A stretch of DNA of 64,000 nt. Source: Monocercomonoides exilis PA203 (taxonomy: Eukaryota; Protista; Preaxostyla). The stretch is from NCBI GenBank assembly GCA_001643675.2, contig LSRY02000059.1, forward strand, positions 124,001 to 188,000, in the 5' to 3' direction. The translations under genes and the position numbers were made by a program. The notes under the pieces are model-generated. The model was not told the origin of the DNA. It was given only the letters and a program-made list of their open reading frames with translations, and did not search any database. Positions 54,401 through 61,000 of the stretch are shown in pieces (within the stretch, counting starts at the first letter, position 1; each line of letters opens with the position of its first letter).

Positions 54401-55690
54401 ACTGTTTGTGACATTGCATTGATCAACGTTCAGTTGATTGATTTCATTAAACCTCAATGTTCCAGCCCAATCAATTACTGAACAATTTGAAAATACACAG
54501 GTTCCAACGGTAACTTTTGAAGAATATCTAATGTTGCACGCACCACCAGCTGTTTTTGCTTCGCAGTCATCGAATTCACTGTTTTGAATTGAGCATGATC
54601 CCGTTGATTGGTGGTTAATCGCACCACCATATTCAACGTTTTTCAAACCATGAAATGCACATTCATTGACATCAGTTGTGGCTGAGCCAGAATGTTCAAT
54701 TCGTTGGCAGGCGGATCTGGTGGAGCGACAAAAGGAGGAGTTCCAAGCTGTGAAGCTGCCTTTGCAAACACTCATCCCCCACACAATCCCTCCATCATAT
54801 CCATTCTCCACCCGATCCATCAAGCAGCTGTCAATCAGTGTGTGCTGCTCCTCTGTCATCCCTCCATCTCTTTTGGCATCAGCACATGAAGCATGTGGTT
54901 GTGTGACATTGATGAACACTGTGCTTGCCAAATGGATGGCTGGCACGTGGATTGGAGAAAGAAATGGTTCAGCACCAACACACACTGAAGCAATGAGCGA
55001 TGACTCCACAGTCACTCTCCCGCTGTTGTGCTGCACAGTGTGTGTGAGTGGCTGTGAAGATATCAGAGGCTGTGCTGCACTGTGTGCAAAAGGAAATGAG
55101 AGGGTGATGTTTGTCAGCACGAGTGCTGCTCGGGATGCACAGAACATGCTTTTTGTGTTGCTTCTGTCCAGCTTCAGCGCACACTCAACCACCCTCACGC
55201 TTGACGAGTCTGTGCAAACAACTCCCCGCTTGCCTGAAACCTGCACAATGCTCAACCACTTCAGCTCAGCTGATGAATTGACAATCACAAACTCTGCTGC
55301 AACTGTGTGTTTTGTGTTCAGTTGAAAGTGGGAATATGAGGGATGTGGACGAGGGAAAGCGTGCATTATGGAGTTTGCAATTTGGCTATCACCAAACAAG
55401 TCAAATTCAACTGTCTTATGGTTTTCACATTCTGCATCTTCGTTTGTGTGTGTGGAAACATGTGTGCTGATTGTTGCAAAAGCCAAAAGGAACAGCAGAA
55501 TTGTCTTAACGCAACAATGGAGCATTGAAAAAACAAAACTGAAAAAGAACAAAAATAATTTTGCTCTTCAAAAATTTTGATAATGTGAGTATCAACTGAC
55601 ATATAATTAATATTTTTAAATCAACTCAACAAATATTTTCCTCATATAAGTGTATTGAAATTTTTTAAAAAAGATTGATTTTTAATTTTG
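42405..55690 (-). repeat. Right arm of the ~13.3-kb inverted segmental duplication
   Basis: Reverse complement of ~11030-24336. Confidence 0.9.
43400..55525 (-). CDS. Giant (~4041 aa) Cys-rich beta-helix-repeat type I membrane protein with a C-terminal TKL-like pseudokinase (copy B)
   Basis: Intact 12-kb ORF (ATG at 55525; the track uses TTG at 55552), colinear and mostly near-identical to copy A. All visible indels are in frame. Confidence 0.9.
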   Translation of the reverse strand: MLHCCVKTILLFLLAFATISTHVSTHTNEDAECENHKTVEFDLFGDSQIANSIMHAFPRPHPSYSHFQLNTKHTVAAEFVIVNSSAELKWLSIVQVSGKRGVVCTDSSSVRVVECALKLDRSNTKSMFCASRAALVLTNITLSFPFAHSAAQPLISSQPLTHTVQHNSGRVTVESSLIASVCVGAEPFLSPIHVPAIHLASTVFINVTQPHASCADAKRDGGMTEEQHTLIDSCLMDRVENGYDGGIVWGMSVCKGSFTAWNSSFCRSTRSACQRIEHSGSATTDVNECAFHGLKNVEYGGAINHQSTGSCSIQNSEFDDCEAKTAGGACNIRYSSKVTVGTCVFSNCSVIDWAGTLRFNEINQLNVDQCNVTNSAAHWAGGTVEATEIKNGSSFSNNIITSGKVITPDNNETGGGVWCSHTFGMTFSECMFRSCSSENSVGGAMSFSTREHSYLFTKLSFCFFDGNQASSTGADIYASQEWSTTLVESNIVECRTSTTAPNRLFVAGSDRSHLMNRLLSQAFVSKHNGSDTPLCGITPFPCSTLGFSLTLINRSAHPVSITFAPGTYPEAEAAVDSLVLQVAGHKSSTTILPKATTRSFVSLTSGQLTFDSFTVVHGSPSAQPASHPLFSVSSTAAAWIKNCLITADTAQNNVFGAPLITMDGGALAVENCEINTITLSEAPLIRAAVTAELALTNSTISAVQRGVGSGAGAECDIEDGGAVEMNNVSLSGCACSKGDGGGVWARLRSGGRLQMGAVSAVSFEGCTAPSGQEAKGKGGGVFVSAEDGGCAMVLKEMGFSGCAAWKGNNVFVEAPVLRVVVSTSSMGFSRSGMSDEDLMGFEDGHREDPLPLAPFLKVFSPPAFVGGAKGRDFSACGFAEHPCVSIGKAAGLWFSGSKRSIVLHTGFVWREEIELGGNEWSIQCEEKGDEVGVAPSAPPSHPALITTTHSAQLINVVFVLPQTLSQSTTHLLCCKGATLTLTSCGVKTAGGVHSVAFVPLAVTDGKIEATNLVCSAMVLAGQPLISVAGAGAEGDIGKLSVEFVSTTAERGLFEVANGGSLRVWNSTESSPTAPLACPLLSSASAKAILLQNSTFANFDRASRNGGCIECTLADGSSLAVAGCTLSECCSRGANGGGMWVEMKSGSHFFVEGSTDADAGDGDGRVAGFDTCSALKSAEGERGCGGGVYVDAEEGATDFAVGDVVFASCTAEKGSSLFVSGYDLLALINEHSLGAHREEADLAKLAGFERCTTDSSFCIPLVVYLWTNFTADGFVDGAGGGDFSRCGFSEAPCRTVDHIVSTRFAPLPQRPSTITIAPGSTITKALNLLPAAAPATSQPLPSLTMQGAAQASRLSVFDLAPVEQNAFLASSITLTLHSLALCIPAALPQSRAFFCSSSHALCISACSFELREGSMLAYSLILVEEGSFSASQLAIGTDSSATAVSCLPPLVVIHSLGSVSLAGCSVAGVSHSQGNGSWGAAECQGPSARLCIANSTVCGCSAAASDGAGGGLLCSAAGGATVEISNTSFTLCSVPSEGALAKGLGGGVFLDCAGAASGFQLSNTSFDQCSAWKGKNLFVCADSLSQLVTRTTMNFTFAIGVDEAPDLDELSGIDRASASLVLPLVLLLRSFAQPCVVGGEDGVDASLCGYPDYPCQTIPYAASSRFGQSLAALRLQPPFSFRDTLCLCSQPLAIDSAAAGTQIDIRADGEGEGEALVETGIEVGLSGMCFGLPSSFAPRPRAALFWCSAATLTFTACTTAAPSTPLQYSFAVASSGTVLLCQFAMHSTAFAASPAFLLQGSEAAGSFVELHLRSTTTNAPNGLIRAASGSSLRVENSTIADATMDSSEVICSPLTTTLALKNTSFANITRLRGSGGLVAGAVSGGRKFSFANCTMERCSCIESGSTRGGGVVAEVKKGGEWVFEKSTASECTVDGLAGCGGGLFLRFAVADVRYSMKGIAFAANDAWLGKDVYLVCPAPHAALHAIYWEGSAADTDPATTKWVHDDSAPQGANVSILFYLFPPSDEIVYVQSGSDPFPQCGSKVYPCATIPVGVAALSGNRTIVHLTNANTLASSIGRDTLSLTIEGERGTRSRLTIQPGGCFSLTAGTAATSFTLSQLVLLLPCSPLQSGLSVPPLITAATGRFSVVDCLFGTQDGAEDGAEASTPMAVASGEGGTILFDSVAFSHLAFAGGSRIAHMGSGSLIMEGCNITSVSGSGGGLVAGGAGAALSLKGLRVHTTPSTDGHFLKASCSAKVEIADGCEFEQCSSAAGDGGCVWCQMDGEGELGIHNSSIKACSVPALSGRGGGIFLHLLAQSNNNNNNFQLADLTFSANAALHGRDVFLMCTDLNESVKAARFVSLAGDGAEGEAEMEGTDTHRFGDVPVELQLFLRVRKAGEVVVSDQGYDVLGCGTRQHPCFSFWRGHANADASLPSRTMLVANSTFVQDALDVSGFLVQSSDDASSCTISVRSAVSSSAASPASAVLATAAKTAFLRILFDLPSAFSSGQSVFLSSSAPHGELFLTNITFSSASARSLSYLLLSAAGQSVHLARCVVQSLAFPDAPLLLMCTSTIAHSSFASISAPASADGGALKAVLAAEHTLATANTSFALCSCSPHSGRGGALFLDCTSSHTPNPFVLGLATSFTQNAAPVGRHVFVASLDLNATVTNSAFAFDCSPFASDPNAFVGSDTAHPATDLFRFLLPYHADAIYLSAAGSDVKRCGSEADPCESFWKGMQQVDSAAAHKTIFIDGHTLVQDPFDLSSFTVQSAPALSEGSPRPALNARSTTDTRAAPLFTNTRQLRLDSIAICTSASFANALQAVILSEGGDLVLTRCAFCSNATSHQPGDYSFVVCRGGTATADNLEVSDVCVVPPVFRLEGSCGCLVAGAAVRSARIASGCVFCFASGPAARTNGEARFVCTNSTFDTVAREDDGPCCVSAEPGSAVAAEMNSTVLESCRAGASEWGGAWLCWLSGEGHMRMSQCRVVQCACSTRTGRGGGVCLASDLFGSLDFLFAKCAFDANTAWRGRDIFVQCRNIPSQINDTQFRFDLQPDKYNPVNAIFGADSLAPDPIDLMDFITVLQLSTIVVASAQPSPGEDSRQCGTPKLPCRTVGCGLAHVYGDLFRMLAVDSQGVVDGEAVLEELSVCALDRLSADILFEGELVQTRDCLIEAVSAVAIECISFILPPSPPITHPALLHIHTGTLTLTRCNVGAPAQTPPPRIHTFLSAESAACTLRQVAVSNLACHAIAAAAGGSLVLHEVCAADVVCQSSAIAADSAEVTIASSRFTQMKADSFNTSSAHAAAAAALCLSRCNSLCVANCTFAGCSSPSPTGMSVCVLDSANATIDCCLFDGLSHTSHRLPPDNTIHEVCSWNGSMLHLQRGSAAVKDTAFANSPAGALSLSNGSATVTKCEFMSNNPSIEGYPSLRRNIICSDSGSLNVMSLKGGDGLKDNSSLWMLNDGCAFDGIVSERDSSFFIPVLESVEAKEEANRMKLTFKGMLLVPCNLSFSVVKRKGEEKEIEQYDFDEDGFLSEREAEGSVAKDLISNCGNEIEVSVSILFGNSNAPSLTQPFILKNASEAKGNGDERIVEGGNKEMSIWPVVVVILAIVLLIILIALVIFVVRWRKQKRRTEELEVIVEDTVKKDPKAFEMVTMEMSPEDQWRRAEREAEKKNEERIKKRAYEKSLGHSESSEHLLSESGSTEYILGRDSDKIPQWALEKDEEEETRKRTPSPSISSTCSTDSDSTFVRGEDLCPTTSSMSNLVDAMACSSPHEKLIVDLRDSLFMLLHGRNKTKEMAIGILKEREQTAAQILFWVANLALHSFDEMENPLQSLSSLSPHIVLFSEHMVICIVMHSDLLSDDDSDSSSISSSTVVTSTSNDDGDSLPSSAFEDEDNFRKKCLRWKAPELLINKKMGATKESVAFSIGMMLWECLTLQIPFGEYEAEIAGEKIKNGERPPMQPMQPIGSSAFSELVKACLSVNPADRQTLTSLKRLLIQHFPPGAAILTLSDAVDYTCCSDRQQQPSGSASCSSISATFIS

Positions 55691-55747
55691 AAAAAATGTT
55701 ATCACTTGTTTGTATGTCAGAAATTTTATCTCCAGAAAAAAGAAGAT

Positions 55748-55928
55748 ATTGGGAAGAAATTTTTTGATTTCTGAATTTTGTTACTATATACTCCAACAAA
55801 TATTTTTATCAATTTAAGTATTTTTCTGTATTTTTATGACATGGGAATGAAAGACTTATTGTGAAAAGGTTGTAGAAAAAATTTGGAACAAATCGTTGTT
55901 TTTTTCATTAAGGAAAAAAATTTTGCCC
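55748..55928 (-). repeat. Dispersed AT-rich repeat, copy 3
   Basis: Reverse complement aligns with 37073-37255. Confidence 0.7.
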
Positions 55929-56192
55929 TAAATGAAAAATTTTCCCATTTTTTAATCTCCACTTTTGAATACCAACTTTACAAAAAGCAAAAATACACTC
56001 ATACGGCTATTTATTATCTGATAATCAAATATACGCAACGTACAAATAAATGCACGAAGAAGAATGAATGTGCAAAAATGGAGTTTAAAAAAATTAAAAC
56101 TATAATTGAAGCGATAACGTTTGCTCAGATAAAACCGATTCAGTTCTATGAGTTTTCCGTTAAAGCTGATTACTCCTTTACCTTGATAATAC

Positions 56193-57685
56193 TTAAATGG
56201 TGAAGAAAAGTGAAAGTGCATTCTTCCGAATTGTAAGCTCGGCCTTCTTAGTGTCGGTGAAGTGGCCGTAACTCAGCATCTTCTCCAATCTTTCTTTCTC
56301 CTTTGTAATGTATTCATATCCATTCTTAATCAGAGCATCAATGTAGCGCTTGTACACTGATTTGATGAATGGTTGCTTCAAGCGCTCTTCAATAACCTTC
56401 TCTGCTTCTTCACGTGCCTTGTCAACTGGTGGAGGAGGTATTGTCTTTGGCTTGGCCTCCTCAGTCTTATTCGTCTCCTCTCCAGCAGGCTTCTCTTCTG
56501 TTGGCTTCTCTTCTCCTTCCTTTTTCTCTTCTTCTTCAGGCTTTGCCTCCTCTTCGTCGTTGGGAAGAGGGGTGTTTGTGACTGAATGAGTAAGTCTAAC
56601 CAACTCCTCAGTTATTTCCCTTTCCATTCCAGCGTCTTCATCTACATCACCTCCAACAGATCTCCATGTCCCAACACGCTTGTTGATCCAGTGAACAATA
56701 CCTGCAGCGTCCCGAGATCCATCAAATTTTTCAACTTCGTTCAATCCTTTCTTTGCTGGCTGATAATTTTCTTCATCATCTTCAGACTTTTCGTCTTTTT
56801 GCTCAGATTTTTCATCTTCCTTTTTCTCTTCCTCGCCTTCTTTCTTGGCATTTTCTTCCTCTGCTTTCTTTTTTTCCAATTCTTCCTTTTGCTTGGCTTC
56901 TGCTTCAGCTTTCTTTTTTTCCTCTTCTGCCTTCAATGCAGCAATTTTCTCTTCATCGCCTGGAGCATAAGCAGGGAAAAACTTAACAGTTGGATAACCA
57001 GCAACATCATATGGTTTTGTAAATTCGCTAAATTCATCAGCATCAATCACAGCAAACGATACATTATCGGAATCCTTAAATGAAGAAGCTGCTAATTCCA
57101 TTTGAGGCTTCAATCGTTTGCAGTGACCACACCACGATGCCGTGAATGCAACAAGCACATTCTTTGTTGGGTCCAATGCAACTTGATCGAAATTATCTGG
57201 TGTAAGAACCTTCAAATAACTTGGCTTGGGACGGAAATACACATTAATTTTTTTTGCAACCCATTCGGAGAAAGTATTGATCTCTCTTTCCTCTTCGAAT
57301 TCATCGTGGGAATCTGGTCCATTTTCGTAATAATAAAATGTCGGATAACCGCGAATATCGGCTTTATCGCAAATGCCACCTTCTTCTGTGCAGTCAACTT
57401 CAGCAAATGTGATTTTGTCTTTATGTTTCTGGAAATTTGTGGCCAATGCTTCAAAAACTGGGGCCGCATCTCTGCAATGAGGGCAAGTTGGAGAGAAACT
57501 AATTTAACAAGTAGAAAGGCAAAATACAATTTCATCAAAAGCAATAAACAATAAATTATGTCAAACTATTTTACGAAAATGTGGCCTTTAGCAATTGAAC
57601 TATCGTAATTGCTTTTGTCCAATTTCAAAACGTAACTCTCAGCAACTAAAGATGCGATAAATAATCCAATTACCGAAAAAAACAT
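56193..57685 (-). CDS. Protein disulfide isomerase, a-a'-D (ERp38/ERp29c-containing) type, 474 aa; intron 57566-57499
   Basis: Signal peptide MFFSVIGLFIASLVAES, Trx domain 1 YFSPTCPHC...IRGYPT, Trx domain 2 FTASWCGHCK...VAGYPT, and an ERp29-like C-terminal helical domain (YITKEKERLEKML...RKNALSLF). No KDEL. Confidence 0.92.
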
Positions 57686-58045
57686 CCCAACGCGAGAAAT
57701 TCGATCAGATCTAACCCATGTCACTTTGAAATCAAACATATACTTTATATTATTTTTTTGCACGTCATTTCAATTTGCAAATAATATTTGTTTGCTAATC
57801 ATTAAAGATGGAAGTAATATCTATTCTAATATCAAAAAATGAAGGCCTTGTCATTTCGGCGAAGGAAAACGATTCAAAACGAAAAAATGAAAGTTTTAAT
57901 CACAAATGAAATATTTCCGATTCTTAGAATACTAATTTTGAAACATGTTTGGAAATTTGTTGATAAAAACAGAAATAAATAAAAAGCTTTGAAGACAGTT
58001 TCATAACCCATAAAACACTTTTTTTATCTTTTATTTGTCGGAATC

Positions 58046-61000
58046 ATGGAACAAAAAGATGAAGATACTAAATCAGTAACTCGTAGTGTATCTTCTGAAT
58101 CTAATGCAGCGACAGCTATATCTGTTGTTAGATTCAATGTTGTTGACGATACGTTTGCTTTAATGGACTTATTTTACTTATTTTGTAGTGTTTACAAAAA
58201 AATATTAGATTATTTTCACTGTTGTACAATTTTCATAGAGTGTGCATTATATATTTTTTATATTCAGAAACATTTATTTTTGAATTTAGGAGCAACAACT
58301 TCCTCAACTTTTTGATATTTCATGGGTTATCTTAACGGCAATTCAACTAATTGGAACAGCTGTCTATTTTCACTCATGGCCATTGGCTAATTCCTTTCGA
58401 AATGGTGTTATTGAATTTTTTGGATATCTCAATTTTTCAGTGTCATGGAGAAGTGATCCTTTCCTTTTGGTGATGAACATTGTCAGTGTACTTATTTGCT
58501 TTTTAACGATTGCAGGTCTTGTTTCAATCACTATTTTTAGAGAAAAGCAATCTCCTGTTGCAGAAGGTCTTTCTAAGACCGTTAATATAACTGGACAATT
58601 TTTAGCACATTGGTTTTATCTGCCACTAGTAAATGTATTTTGTGGAAATTATTTATGTTATGCAACAACAAAAAGTGTTTCAATAACCTGCAAAAATTCT
58701 GAGCGCATTGCGTTAGTCATTGTTGGTACAATTTTTCTTGTTCTAATTTTCTTCTGGGCCCTCATTGTCAGACTGTTCATATTCCATCATGACTGGAAAA
58801 AGGGAAGATACTTTGCCACACAGAGCGGGATTTATTCGGCTGCAATGCTGGTGTTTTCCACGATCGTTGTGATTCTTCATGTCTTTCTGAATGGAAGTCC
58901 CATTATAACTTCAGTGATTAGCTTGGTTATTTCTGGGCTGATGCTTATAATTGTGTGTGTTGGGCAGCCGTACGTGCACTACGCTGGCAATATGCTTTGG
59001 AGCATGGCGTGGGCTGCGGTGTTTGTTTCGTTTGTCGTGTCGCTTCTTTGCGATGTGCTGGGCACGCAAGTCACTTGGATCAATGCTATCATTTGGGTTG
59101 TGTTCGGCGTCGGAGGCGTCGGATTTGCCGCATTGATGGCGCTTGCGTCGATGAAGCGGGCGAAGCTGCTTTGGGCGATGCGTCCAGGGGAAGCGATCCC
59201 AGTTGTGAAGGAGCGGAAGAACGAGATGGTTATTCTGTCGTCCAATTCCTATCTGATGAGCTCTTCACCCATGTCGGGTGCTGCCTCTTCGTCGCTGGGC
59301 AGCATGATCTACCCGAACTACGGGCGCACTCCGCGGGGCATCGCACCAGCTGCCTCTGGAATGACGTATTCTACGCCTCGTGTGGTGGCACCGTCGACGC
59401 TGGCTGCTTCGTCGCCTTCGACTGCTCATCTTCCGCCTACCGCTGCACAGTCGCAATATTCTGCTTTTGGAGCATCACCAGCTGTCTCAACAGGAACAGG
59501 AGATGCTTCAATGAATGCATCTGTTGCATCTTCCAATGCAGCAAGTGGATGTCTGACGCCACAAACATCGGCTGCTGATGCAAATGCGTCAGGCTCTTCT
59601 TCTCCTTCACTCACACCTCCTCCTTCAATTGCTGTCCCACAAACTGTTCCTTTGCTTGCACCTTCATCTTCTGTTGGTAGTATTGGCTCTTCTACTTCTT
59701 CATCATCATCATCTTCTTCTTCTTCTGCTGCTGCTTCTGCTGCTTCTTCTGCATCATCTTCATCTTCGTCAACTTCTACAACAAATATTTCTACTGTTCC
59801 TTCTTCATCATCCTCTTCTTCTTCTCCTTCGAATCAAATTCAGAGTCCATTGAGCAAAACGCTCTCTCCAATGAACCAGTCCTCACATCTGTTTGCCAGT
59901 TCTTCTTTTCTCTCCACCAGCCAATCAACACTGCCACCTGTCAGCGGAGGAGAGCGGTCATTCCAATCGTCACAGACACAAATCCCACCTTTGCGTGTGG
60001 CGACCAGCTCAGCCAAGCTGAAGAGCCCACTCCCAGCCACACAGATAGGCAGCACCAGCCTCAGCCACACGCTCTCCACGTCGTCCACAGGGCAGCTCTC
60101 TTCCCTCGCAAACTCTGACCAAACAGCCGCCGAGCGCAAACCACAGCCAGCCGCGCGCATTCTGCCGAAGATGCGGTCGGTTTCGGCTGTCCAGCGGTCG
60201 ATCCGCTTTATGAGCGACAAGACGCTGCGGAAGGACCAGAACAGCATTGCCCTCTGTGAGAACATCCTGACAGCTGCACAGAAGCGGATGTCTGGCTCAT
60301 CGAGTCTGTGGATCACGATTGCGCTGTTCCACCACTCGTACACACACAACGACGACCACATGGGCGATGCCCTCAGGTCAGCCAAGCAGTGCATCCCGAA
60401 TGTGATTGAGCGCTGGGTCATCTACGCCCTCCTGCACGACATGGAGCGGAAGACAGCGCGATCGCAGTCGACGCCTGGCGGAGTGTCATTAGGAGTGCAG
60501 TTCAAGCTGCAGTTTGCAAAGGGCACGAAGGCACACGAGATGAGCAGGGCGTATCTGAGCCAGGCGTATCTGATGCTGTCGAAGGAGAACTTGGATCTGG
60601 AGAAGATCCAGCTTTTCCTGGAGAAGGCCATCAAGTACGAGCAAGAGGCACATCTGACATTCTCTGCCATGCTGAAGAAGTACCCTTCGTCTGCACAGCT
60701 GCTGCGGGCGTTTGGGGCACTTTTGAGGGACATCTACCGCGACGACGAGACGGCCACGCTGCTGTTCACAGAGGCGAATGCGATCGAAGACGAGTCGCTG
60801 GAGTCGATCGACGAGTCCCACGACAACCGCAGCAGAGCCAGCGGCGGCAGCAAGCTCTCTTCTCTCGCTGGGCGCTCATTGGACATCCGCTCGTCTGCTG
60901 GAGTGAGCATCGGAGGCGCTGGTGGAAGCATCCTCGCGAGAGAGGAGAAGCGGAAGAAGAAGAAGAAGCACACAGGGAGATCGGCCACGCTGATGATTGA

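Noticed and set aside
11030-55690. Duplication as a pure assembly artefact or allelic haplotig
   Set aside because: The copies have different flanking genes, a non-alignable TM segment and gradually decaying edges, which fits real paralogues better. Read depth is still needed to exclude it fully.
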